Assembly (NCBI GenBank): GCA_023262945.1
Contig: JALQXY010000035.1
Span: forward strand, 1 to 40,426
Reading direction: 5' to 3'
Source of the DNA: Rickettsiales bacterium
GTDB taxonomy: Bacteria; Pseudomonadota; Alphaproteobacteria; Rickettsiales; UBA1997
DNA length: 40,426 nt
Both the position numbers and the translations under genes were made by a program. Below are positions 1-8,653 of the stretch, piece after piece (positions within the stretch are counted from its first letter, which is position 1; every line of letters starts with the position of its first letter). The notes below the pieces were generated by a model that saw only the letters and a list, made by a program, of their open reading frames with translations, was not told the origin of the DNA and did not search any database.

Positions 1-1
1 T

Positions 2-166
2 ATCGGACGATGGAGGGTAGACTCTAGAATGCATACCAACAATAATGTAGTCCTTTATAGACCCATTAAAAAATACCATCCCACTCCAGAACCTTCGAAA
101 TCGAAAGCAATGATGATACACACGGAGAACCACTTGTTAGGAGGTTCTCTTGAAATTTATCGTTAG
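2..166 (+). CDS. 3' end of an unidentified CDS entering from the left edge (55 codons, no start in window)
   Basis: Frame 2 is open from nt 2 to TAG at 164-166 (IGRWRVDSRMHTNNNVVLYRPIKKYHPTPEPSKSKAMMIHTENHLLGGSLEIYR). That is long for a stop-rich AT genome, and GC is visibly higher than in the following spacer. Product not recognised. A perfect 7-bp hairpin (GAGAACC 125-131 / GGTTCTC 143-149) lies inside it, so an RNA feature is not excluded. Confidence 0.3.
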   Translation: MGRWRVDSRMHTNNNVVLYRPIKKYHPTPEPSKSKAMMIHTENHLLGGSLEIYR

Positions 167-207
167 TAAAAGCAAAATAAATTTAAAAGTAAAAATTATT
201 TAAAATT

Positions 208-774
208 TTAACTTTTTATTTTTTTTGTTAATTCTGCAACTCTTTTACCTAAAAGCTCTGCTGTTTTAAGGTCGCCAATTGGCGGCGTAATATCTGGAGA
301 TTCATTTTCTGACTGAGCCATAGCGCCTAAAAAAGAGCCAATTCTATTTATCGCTTCAAAATGAGCTGGCTTTCCATCTGGAGATTGATTCATTTCGCCA
401 AGTCCAACCCATATCATGCTGTGCTGCATAGCAAAAATAGACATTTGAACTAAAGTATTTAACTTATCTCCACTCATGCTATGAGAATTGGTAAAACCAG
501 CAGCAACTTTATTTTTCCATTGCTGATTAAACCATAATTTAGCACTAGCATCCATAAAAGATTTAAAAGGAGCAGAAACTGACCCCATATAAGTTGGAGA
601 GCCAAAAATTATAGCATCATAATCATTAAGTTGTTCTAAATTATCCATTATTTCGTCAACCTTAAATAAATCAGCCACTACATCTTTAACGCTATTAGCG
701 CCAATTTGAACATGTTTTGCTTGTTTTTCTGTATGGCCAAAACCACTATGATAAGCTATCGCTACTTTTGTCAT
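208..774 (-). CDS. wrbA: flavodoxin-fold NAD(P)H:quinone oxidoreductase, WrbA-like
   Basis: 188-aa ORF. It has the N-terminal FMN-loop VAIAYHSGFGHTE and the GSPTYMGSVSAPFKSFMD segment, in the same arrangement as WrbA-type flavoproteins. Confidence 0.75.
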   Translation of the reverse strand: MTKVAIAYHSGFGHTEKQAKHVQIGANSVKDVVADLFKVDEIMDNLEQLNDYDAIIFGSPTYMGSVSAPFKSFMDASAKLWFNQQWKNKVAAGFTNSHSMSGDKLNTLVQMSIFAMQHSMIWVGLGEMNQSPDGKPAHFEAINRIGSFLGAMAQSENESPDITPPIGDLKTAELLGKRVAELTKKIKS

Positions 775-821
775 ATGTTATCAATTAATTAATTATTTAT
801 CTAAAAAAATATACCAAAAAA

Positions 822-1691
822 CTATTTAATAATTTTTAAAGCTTCTTGATAAATCTCTTTTTTATTAATGCTATAAATTTCTGTTATATTTTTTACAATA
901 TCTTTTAGGCTAAAGTTTTTGCTATAAAGTTTTTTGATCTCTTTAATCAATTGCTCTTTTGATAGTTTTTCTTGATTTTTTTCTGGCTTTTCTACAATAA
1001 CAACAAATTCTCCTTTTAATTTTTGTTTTTGCTCGCTAAAAAAGCCAATTAAATTGCTAATCGTATCATTGCAAAATTCTTCATGTATTTTACTTATTTC
1101 GCGAGCAATGCAGCAATTTCTATTGCCGATTATTTTGTAAATTTCATCCAAATGTTTTATTAGATTGCGCGCAGATTCAAAAAAGACAAAACTATTATTG
1201 ATATTATTTGTAATAATATTTTGCCTTTTTGATTTAAGATTTGGTAAAAATCCTAAAAAAGTAAAATTATCACAAGCAAGGCCACAGCATGATATAGCTG
1301 CAGTTAATGAAGATGCGCCAGCAATAGGAATTATTTTTTGCTGCTGAAGCCTTAAAAAGCTAATTAATTTATATCCGGGATCAGAAATTAGCGGCGTTCC
1401 GGCGTCGCTAATTAATGCTACAGATTTTTTTGATTGCAACAAATTAAGAATTTTTTGTCTTTGATGAGCATTTGAGTGATCATTGTAAGTATTAATTTTA
1501 CTACTATCAATATTATAAAATTTTAGAAGATTATAAGAATTCTTAGGATTTTCACACAATATAACATCACAATTACTTAATATCTCAATGGCACGATATG
1601 TGATATCAGACAAATTACCAATTGGAGTTGCTACCACATAAAGAGCATTTTCTATTTTTATTATTTTAGACGTTTTTTTTTGTTGAGTCAT
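822..1691 (-). CDS. rsmI: 16S rRNA (cytidine1402-2'-O)-methyltransferase RsmI
   Basis: 289 aa. Tetrapyrrole-methylase-fold motifs LYVVATPIGNLSDITYRAIEIL..DVILCE and SDAGTPLISDPGYKL are typical of RsmI. Confidence 0.9.
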   Translation of the reverse strand: MTQQKKTSKIIKIENALYVVATPIGNLSDITYRAIEILSNCDVILCENPKNSYNLLKFYNIDSSKINTYNDHSNAHQRQKILNLLQSKKSVALISDAGTPLISDPGYKLISFLRLQQQKIIPIAGASSLTAAISCCGLACDNFTFLGFLPNLKSKRQNIITNNINNSFVFFESARNLIKHLDEIYKIIGNRNCCIAREISKIHEEFCNDTISNLIGFFSEQKQKLKGEFVVIVEKPEKNQEKLSKEQLIKEIKKLYSKNFSLKDIVKNITEIYSINKKEIYQEALKIIK

Positions 1692-1820
1692 AAATTATAA
1701 AGTTATCAAATATTAATAAAATTTTTGAGATAAATTTAATGATTTTTAATATAAAATTAATAGTTTTAGCATTATTTTAATAATCAAAATTCCATCTAAA
1801 AATTATAAATCAATTATGTA

Positions 1821-1887
1821 ATACCAAATCTCATCTTTAAATAAAATTATATTTTGCTATATTTTATTTAAAGATGAGATTTGCTAT
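1821..1887. repeat. minimal palindromic element (B-type): 27-bp inverted arms with 1 mismatch and a 13-nt spacer
   Basis: ATACCAAATCTCATCTTTAAATAAAAT (1821-1847) pairs with ATTTTATTTAAAGATGAGATTTGCTAT (1861-1887). It lies in the divergent rsmI/lpoA-like spacer. The arm sequence recurs at 12240-12266, 30152, 32808 and 27025. Confidence 0.85.
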
Positions 1888-1935
1888 AAATCTTTTATAA
1901 TTGCAAATAACGATAAAATTTTTAAAAATTTATAA

Positions 1936-3234
1936 ATGAAAAAATTATCAATAATTCTTATATTAATAATAGTCGGATCTTGTAATATTGGCAGCAAAGG
2001 AGTTAAATTAATATCGGCTTTTGATGAAAAAGGAAATGAAATAAATACCGCCAAACCTTCTCAGCAATTTCAATCATCTGACTTAGATACCATTACTCCT
2101 TACAAAAAAAAGACTAAAGTTGCGCTTTTTTTTCCAATGACGGGTAAGTATAAATCTTTAGGACAAAGTCTTTTTAATTCTGCAGTATTATCATTATTTG
2201 AAAATGATATCAATGAAAATTTAGAATTAATATTAATTGATAGCAAAGAATCCCCTTTGGAAGCCAAAGAGCAATTTAAAAAAATAATAGATCAAGATAT
2301 TAAAATAGTAATTGGCCCAGTTTTTAGTAGTCAAGCCGAAGTAATCGCTGACGAGGCAATTAAACATGAAATTGTTGTAATTTCACTATCTAATAATCGT
2401 AAATTATTAGATAATATTGACGAATTTGGCGGTGTATTTTTATCAGGAATGATGCCAGAAGCACAAATTGATAAGATTGTTAGCTATGCTTTAAGTCGTG
2501 GTAAGAATAGCTTTGCTGTAATAGCTCCTAACAATAAATATGGTATCGCTGTTAGCTCATTATATAAAAAATTAGTCAAAGATCGTAATGGAACATTTGT
2601 TACTTCAGAACTTTATTCACCAAATGGCAAAGGTATTGAAAATGCTGTTTATCGTGCTATTAACGCTTTTAGTGTACCTTCTAGCATGGCCGAAGGTGGC
2701 GGAAACAAGCTAGAAGAAGATTTTGTTGTATCCAAAGAAGACAAGACATATGCTAGTATTATTTTGATACCAGAAGCGGGTAAAAACTTATCAAAAATCG
2801 TTAGATTGCTTGATAAAGAAAATATAGATGAAAGAGAATATCAGATCATTGGCACTAATCAATGGGATGACCTTTCCACTCTTAGCGACCCTTATCTTAT
2901 TAACTCTTGGTTTGTAGCGCCAGATCCTGATAAATTTAAAGATTTTGAAAGATTTTATTATCAATCATATAATAAATTTCCACCTCGCATTTCATCAATA
3001 GTTTATGACTCGGTATTATCGATAATAAAAACGGTACAGAAATCAAGAAAAATAAATCCTCAAGTAAAAGATTTTGTTGAATATACAGATAAATATAACG
3101 GTTTTATGGGGGTTGATGGCTTATTTCGCTATATTGGTAATGGGGCAGTGCAAAGAAATCTTGCTGTATTAAAAGTGGGAAAAGGTAAATTTGAAATGAT
3201 TGAAAAACCAACTAAAGATTTTTTATTATATTAA
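1936..3234 (+). CDS. periplasmic-binding-fold lipoprotein, penicillin-binding-protein activator (LpoA/LppC)-like
   Basis: 432 aa. Signal peptide with lipobox IIVGS|C. Family assignment is by overall resemblance to type-1 PBP-fold LppC/LpoA-like proteins only. Confidence 0.6.
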   Translation: MKKLSIILILIIVGSCNIGSKGVKLISAFDEKGNEINTAKPSQQFQSSDLDTITPYKKKTKVALFFPMTGKYKSLGQSLFNSAVLSLFENDINENLELILIDSKESPLEAKEQFKKIIDQDIKIVIGPVFSSQAEVIADEAIKHEIVVISLSNNRKLLDNIDEFGGVFLSGMMPEAQIDKIVSYALSRGKNSFAVIAPNNKYGIAVSSLYKKLVKDRNGTFVTSELYSPNGKGIENAVYRAINAFSVPSSMAEGGGNKLEEDFVVSKEDKTYASIILIPEAGKNLSKIVRLLDKENIDEREYQIIGTNQWDDLSTLSDPYLINSWFVAPDPDKFKDFERFYYQSYNKFPPRISSIVYDSVLSIIKTVQKSRKINPQVKDFVEYTDKYNGFMGVDGLFRYIGNGAVQRNLAVLKVGKGKFEMIEKPTKDFLLY

Positions 3235-3237
3235 AAA

Positions 3238-4344
3238 ATGTATAATCAAATTAGACCATATCGTATAATCAATAGACGAAATTCTAAAAAAATATTTATT
3301 GGCAATGTTGCTATTGGAGGCGATGCGCCAATTGCTGTACAGTCAATGACAAATACTGCAACCACAGATATACAAAAAACCATAGCGCAAGTTTCTCAAT
3401 GCGCAGAAGCAGGGGCAGAATTGATGCGTATCTCGGTACCAGATCAAGAATCAACTTTAGCGCTAAAAAAAATTATTCCACATTGCGAAGTACCTATTAT
3501 TGCTGATATACATTTTCATTATCGTCGCGCCATTGAAGCTGCCATGGCAGGAGCAAAATGCCTAAGAATAAACCCTGGCAATATTGGTTCAAATGAAAAA
3601 ATAAAAGAAGTTATCAAGGCTGCAAAAGATTATGGCTGCGCTATTAGAATTGGCGTCAATGGAGGATCTTTAGAAAGCGATTTACTGGAAAAATACAAAA
3701 CTCCAACTCCAGAAGCTCTAGCTGAATCAGCCAGTCGTCATATTAAAATTTTAGAAGATAATGATTTCTTTGAATTTAAAATTAGCGTTAAAGCTTCCGA
3801 TGTTTTTCTAGCTGTTTCGGCTTATGAAATTATAGCCAAACAATATAATTATCCATTGCATATAGGTATTACTGAAGCCGGAGGTCTTGGTATTGGAGTA
3901 GTAAGATCTGCAATTGGCTTAGGAAATCTATTATGGCGAGGCATTGGCGATACTATGCGCGTATCTTTATCGGCAGATCCTGTTGAAGAGATAAAAACTG
4001 CTTATCAAATATTAAAGACCTTAGGAATTAGAAGTCGTGGCGTTGATCTTATATCATGTCCATCTTGCGCAAGACAAGCTTTTGATGTAGTAAAAACTGT
4101 CGCAGAAGTTGAAAAAAGAATCTCGCACATCAAAAAACCATTATCTGTATCAATTTTAGGTTGCGTTGTAAATGGATTAGGAGAGGCAGCTCATACACAA
4201 ATCGGTATAACTGGTGGTGGAGCAGGGCGTCATAATGTTTATATAGATGGAAAACCAAATCACAAAGTAGAAAGCAAGGATCTAGTTAATCACATTGTTA
4301 AGCTTATAGAAGAAAAAGTGGCACAGCAAGATGAAAATCAATAA
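3238..4344 (+). CDS. ispG: 4-hydroxy-3-methylbut-2-en-1-yl diphosphate synthase (MEP pathway)
   Basis: 368 aa. Motifs [16 protein letters not shown] and RINPGNIG, plus C-terminal Fe-S ligands in CPSCAR and GCVVNGLGE. Confidence 0.95.
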   Translation: MYNQIRPYRIINRRNSKKIFIGNVAIGGDAPIAVQSMTNTATTDIQKTIAQVSQCAEAGAELMRISVPDQESTLALKKIIPHCEVPIIADIHFHYRRAIEAAMAGAKCLRINPGNIGSNEKIKEVIKAAKDYGCAIRIGVNGGSLESDLLEKYKTPTPEALAESASRHIKILEDNDFFEFKISVKASDVFLAVSAYEIIAKQYNYPLHIGITEAGGLGIGVVRSAIGLGNLLWRGIGDTMRVSLSADPVEEIKTAYQILKTLGIRSRGVDLISCPSCARQAFDVVKTVAEVEKRISHIKKPLSVSILGCVVNGLGEAAHTQIGITGGGAGRHNVYIDGKPNHKVESKDLVNHIVKLIEEKVAQQDENQ

Positions 4345-5098
4345 AAATTTAGTAATTAATAACTTCTCAAAAAATAGTAAAAATTATCAAGAAAATGCTA
4401 ATATTCAAAAAGATGCAAGTAAAAATCTAATAAAGTTATTATTAGATAAATTTAATAATAAATTTTACAAAACTCTTGATCTTGGCTGCGGAATTGGGTT
4501 TTTAACGCAAATAGTTAAAGATAAATCAAATTTTGATAAAATAATTAATTTTGATATTTCTTGTAACATGCTAGAAATAAATCAATCAATCAATAATCAA
4601 AATTTATTCGTAAAAGGTGATATGGATTTTTTACCATTTAGAAATGACAGTTTTGATCTAATATTTTCATCATTTTCTATGCAATGGTCACAAAATATTG
4701 ATTTTGTGATAAATAAATTATCAAATTTATTAAAAAGGGAAGGGGTTGTTGCTATCGCTTTACCTAATAATGAAAGTTTATCAAGATTAAAAGCAGTATC
4801 TAAGGATTCTGGTTGTGATTTTTATTTTAAAAAAATGCCACAACATAAATATATTGCTCAAATTATGAATAATTGTAATTTGCAAATAATTAAAGAATTA
4901 AATGTCAAATCTTATCAAGAATTTTTAAATCCTTTGCAAGCAATAAAAAGTATAAAAAAAATTGGAGCAAATTATAGCAATTCACGAAAGATTATAAAAA
5001 AAGAAAAATTAAATAAATTTATGAATTACAATAATAATCTTGAATTTTTTTTACTAAATTGGCATATTTCTTACTTTCTTGCTAAAAAAAATAATTAA
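4331..5098 (+). CDS. class I SAM-dependent methyltransferase, BioC-like
   Basis: 255 aa. BioC-type N-terminus [16 protein letters not shown] and SAM motif [12 protein letters not shown]. Overlaps the ispG stop by 14 nt. No other bio genes are in the window, so the bioC assignment is tentative. Confidence 0.6.
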   Translation: MKINKNLVINNFSKNSKNYQENANIQKDASKNLIKLLLDKFNNKFYKTLDLGCGIGFLTQIVKDKSNFDKIINFDISCNMLEINQSINNQNLFVKGDMDFLPFRNDSFDLIFSSFSMQWSQNIDFVINKLSNLLKREGVVAIALPNNESLSRLKAVSKDSGCDFYFKKMPQHKYIAQIMNNCNLQIIKELNVKSYQEFLNPLQAIKSIKKIGANYSNSRKIIKKEKLNKFMNYNNNLEFFLLNWHISYFLAKKNN

Positions 5099-5107
5099 AA
5101 ACAAATA

Positions 5108-5518
5108 ATGTTTAATTTTATTAAGAAAAACCTTCGACAAGTAAACAAAAAAAAGGAATCTAACAGCGGAATCAATAGATTTTCCAATATCATAAATCAA
5201 GGCCTTGCTTCTATAAAAAATGAAATTGAAATTATTAAATATAAAAGCAAAGATTTAAAAGAGACTAACTACAATCTAGCTTTAACTCATATAAAAAAAG
5301 GCAATTATGGTGAAGCTGCTTTTCGATTCTGGTTAATGACTAAATTTTGGCCAGACTTCTATGAAGCCTATTATAAAAGAGCTTATTGCTTATATCTTAA
5401 TAACAAAATAAAAAAGGCTAAAATTGAATTACAAGATTTTATCAAAAAAGATACGCCTTATAGAAATAGCGCTATATTGCTACTTTCTAAAATAAGCAAT
5501 ATAAGAAAAAATATATAA
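5108..5518 (+). CDS. small TPR-like protein
   Basis: 136 aa. TPR-like helices (NYNLALTHIKKGNYGEAAFRF..PDFYEAYYKRAYCLY). Its stop overlaps the mlaA start (ATAATG). Confidence 0.6.
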   Translation: MFNFIKKNLRQVNKKKESNSGINRFSNIINQGLASIKNEIEIIKYKSKDLKETNYNLALTHIKKGNYGEAAFRFWLMTKFWPDFYEAYYKRAYCLYLNNKIKKAKIELQDFIKKDTPYRNSAILLLSKISNIRKNI

Positions 5519-6330
5519 TGCAAAATTCTATCTTTAAATTGTTAAATATTATCTCTTGTGCAATTTTATTGTTTATAATTGCAACATTTAGCGCACAAGC
5601 TCAAAATGCACAAATTAACTATAAAATCGAAGATAACGAATTTTCTGATATTGATCTATCTGAAGATTATTTTGAAATTGATATCAAAAGCAAAAATAAT
5701 CAAGCCAGCGACCCTTTTGAAAAAATAAATCGTAAGATTTTTACTTTTAACGATTATATTGATCGTTATTTTCTTGAACATATCGCCAAAGGATATCGCA
5801 AATATTTGCCAAAAATATTTCGTAATGTAATTAGAAATTTTATCACCAATATCTCCTTACCCTTATCAATTACCAACTCTTTATTGCAAGGTAAAGTTGA
5901 AAATAGTTTATCCAGTAGCTCGGCATTTCTTATAAATACAACAATTGGCATTGGCGGCTTATTTGACATTGCAAATAATAAAGGTATTAAATATAATAGA
6001 GAAGATTTTGGTCAAACTTTAGGTCGTTATGGATTTCCAAATGGACCATATTTAATGCTACCTTTGTTTGGGCCTAGCAATTTACGTGACTTTAGCGGAT
6101 GGGTCATAAACAAATCAATCGATCCTTTTAATTTAAATTTGTTAAGAATTGGTGGTGATTATAACATTATCTCCAACAACTTACGAAGCTCTTTCTCGTC
6201 AATATCAGTAATTGATGGTAGAGAAAGTTTGATTAAAATAATCGAAGATTTAAGATCTGATTCCTTTGACCCTTATTCAACAATTAAAAGCGCTTATACT
6301 CAAAGAAGAAATAGCGAAATATTGAAATAA
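5518..6330 (+). CDS. mlaA: MlaA/VacJ family outer-membrane lipid-asymmetry protein
   Basis: 270 aa. Signal peptide. Carries DPFEKINRKIFTFND and GPYLMLPLFGPSNLRD, both MlaA/VacJ signatures. Confidence 0.85.
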   Translation: MQNSIFKLLNIISCAILLFIIATFSAQAQNAQINYKIEDNEFSDIDLSEDYFEIDIKSKNNQASDPFEKINRKIFTFNDYIDRYFLEHIAKGYRKYLPKIFRNVIRNFITNISLPLSITNSLLQGKVENSLSSSSAFLINTTIGIGGLFDIANNKGIKYNREDFGQTLGRYGFPNGPYLMLPLFGPSNLRDFSGWVINKSIDPFNLNLLRIGGDYNIISNNLRSSFSSISVIDGRESLIKIIEDLRSDSFDPYSTIKSAYTQRRNSEILK

Positions 6331-6335
6331 ATCAC

Positions 6336-6953
6336 ATGAAATTATTAACATATATATTAATATTTTTATTTTTTAGCAACACCTCTTTAGCTTTTGATGT
6401 CAGCACAGAAAAGAAGGAAGCAAGAGATTTTATAAACAATATTGGACAACAAATTATCGCCATCTCTAAAGCTGAATATAGTAAATCACAAAAAATAAAT
6501 GAAATCATCGATATTGTTGATAAATCAATAAATTCAAACTGGATATCACATTTTGTTTTAGGTATTCATTATCGAAATTCAACTCCACAACAGCAAAAGA
6601 AATTTACCGAACTATATCGCCAATTTATGATCAATACCTACTCTCCTAAATTTAAAGATTACGATGGAGAAATATTTGAAGTTTTAGAGGTAATACCCAA
6701 AACAAAAACTTATCTAGTTAAAACAAATTTTATAGCAGCAAAATCTAATACAAAGATATTAGTAGATTTTCGTGTTAAAAAAAATAATGATAAATTTTTG
6801 GTATTAGATATTGTAACCGAAGGTATTAGTTTAATTGAAACGCAAAGATCAGAATTTAATTCAGTTATATCTCAGCAAGGAATGGATAGTTTTTTGATAA
6901 ATCTTGAGAACAAAATTAATAAATTGATTCAAGCTAACAATGCATCAAAGTAA
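6336..6953 (+). CDS. mlaC: MlaC/Ttg2D family periplasmic phospholipid-binding protein
   Basis: 205 aa. Signal peptide (SNTSLA|F). Core WISHFVLGIHYRNSTPQQQKKFTELYRQFMINTYSPKF resembles the MlaC family. It sits adjacent to mlaA. Confidence 0.75.
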   Translation: MKLLTYILIFLFFSNTSLAFDVSTEKKEARDFINNIGQQIIAISKAEYSKSQKINEIIDIVDKSINSNWISHFVLGIHYRNSTPQQQKKFTELYRQFMINTYSPKFKDYDGEIFEVLEVIPKTKTYLVKTNFIAAKSNTKILVDFRVKKNNDKFLVLDIVTEGISLIETQRSEFNSVISQQGMDSFLINLENKINKLIQANNASK

Positions 6954-8406
6954 CTTCTTATTACCAGATAATCAAAATCAAATTAACACAAGACAAGAAT
7001 TGTACAATATAGAGGCAGAGCAGGTTGTTCTTGGTACGATAATTCTTAACAATCAATATCTTAATAGAGTTTCAGAATTTCTCCTATCTAGGCATTTCTA
7101 TGAACCAGCACATCAAAAAATATATGAACAAATCTTTCATAGCGTAGAAAAATCAAATATTATTGCTAATCAAATAACTCTTAAACAATTTTGTGATTCT
7201 GAAGAATCAATAAAATCTATCGGTGGATCAAATTATTTAGCTAATCTTTTATCTAGAGCATCGGCAATAGTTGATATAGCAAATTATGGAAGAATCATTC
7301 ATGATTTAGCTCTTAAAAGAGAATTAGTGGTAATTGGAGAAGATATAGTGAATCAAGCCAATAAATTAAATGATAGAAGCACTGCAGAAGAGCAAATAGA
7401 AATGGCAGAAACAAGACTTTTTCAATTAGCTTCTGATGATTCTTCTTCACGTAGTGATTTTCAAAATATATCAATCTCTTTAAAACAAACACTTGATAAA
7501 ACATTAATTGCTAGAACTCGCGATAGTCATATTAGCGGCGTTTCCACTGGACTCGTTGATTTAGATAAAATATTAGGCGGTATGCAAGAATCGGATCTTA
7601 TAATACTAGCTGGCAGACCTTCAATGGGTAAAACTGCTTTAGGGATTAATCTTGCTGTAAATAGTTGCAAATATCTGAATCAAGATATTTCGGATAAAGC
7701 AAAGCAAAAAGCTGTTGGTTTTTTTTCATTAGAAATGTCGGCAGATCAACTTTCGGCTCGTATCTTGTCAATGGAATGCAGTATTAATGCTACAAAATTT
7801 CGTAGCGGACAACTCAGCGAAGCAGAGTGGGAAGCTATAGCTTTAAGATCGGCAGAAATATCGAGATTACCATTTTTTATTGATGATACACCAGCTTTAT
7901 CAATATCAGCTATTAGAACTAGAGCCAGAAGAATGGTACGTAAACACAATCTATCTTTTTTGATTATTGATTATTTACAATTAATTCGCGGCGTTTCTTC
8001 TAGATCTAATGATAGTCGCGTTCAAGAGGTATCAGAAATAACTCAAGGCTTAAAAGCTATTGCTAAAGAATTTAATATACCCGTTTTAGCACTGTCTCAG
8101 TTATCTCGCGCAGTTGAACAAAGAGAAGATAAAAGACCTCAATTATCTGATTTAAGAGAATCTGGATCAATTGAACAAGACGCCGATGTAGTGGCTTTTA
8201 TTTATCGTGATAGCTATTATCACGAAAGAAAAAGACCTCCTGAAAGTGAAGGAGAAAAATTTCAACAATGGAGCTCGAGAATGCAAGAAATAGCTCATAC
8301 AACTGAAGTAATAATTGCTAAGCAAAGAAATGGCCCAGTTGGTAATGTTGATTTATTTTTTGACGCCGAATTTACTAGATTCGCCAATTTAGATACAAAA
8401 CATTAA
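6940..8406 (+). CDS. dnaB: replicative DNA helicase DnaB
   Basis: 488 aa. Motifs NIEAEQVVLGTII, Walker A GRPSMGKTALGINLA, Walker B LIIDYLQL, SQLSRAVEQR and RESGSIEQDAD. Confidence 0.97.
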   Translation: MHQSNFLLPDNQNQINTRQELYNIEAEQVVLGTIILNNQYLNRVSEFLLSRHFYEPAHQKIYEQIFHSVEKSNIIANQITLKQFCDSEESIKSIGGSNYLANLLSRASAIVDIANYGRIIHDLALKRELVVIGEDIVNQANKLNDRSTAEEQIEMAETRLFQLASDDSSSRSDFQNISISLKQTLDKTLIARTRDSHISGVSTGLVDLDKILGGMQESDLIILAGRPSMGKTALGINLAVNSCKYLNQDISDKAKQKAVGFFSLEMSADQLSARILSMECSINATKFRSGQLSEAEWEAIALRSAEISRLPFFIDDTPALSISAIRTRARRMVRKHNLSFLIIDYLQLIRGVSSRSNDSRVQEVSEITQGLKAIAKEFNIPVLALSQLSRAVEQREDKRPQLSDLRESGSIEQDADVVAFIYRDSYYHERKRPPESEGEKFQQWSSRMQEIAHTTEVIIAKQRNGPVGNVDLFFDAEFTRFANLDTKH

Positions 8407-8653
8407 ATCCAAATAGAAAGCAATAAGAAAAAATAAACAATTTTAGCTAAAACTCTCAAAATCAACCTCCTCCTCTTTCTCTTATTTTATTTTACATAAT
8501 ATATATTATGAGATTAAAGCAATATAATAAGATGCTGCAAAATAACAATTGCAAAATTAAATTGATCTTAAATGCTTAGTGGTTTTTAAAAAGTTTTTTA
8601 TATAGATAGATATAAAATTGCTATAAACCGACCAAACATCTCACTAATTATCC

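Noticed and set aside
8466-8483. 18-nt pure pyrimidine tract CCTCCTCCTCTTTCTCTT (anti-Shine-Dalgarno-like) after dnaB
   Set aside because: I considered it as the seed of a CCUCC-type small RNA, but it is not presented in a convincing hairpin loop and no terminator follows. On the opposite strand the GGAGGAGG is not followed by a start codon.
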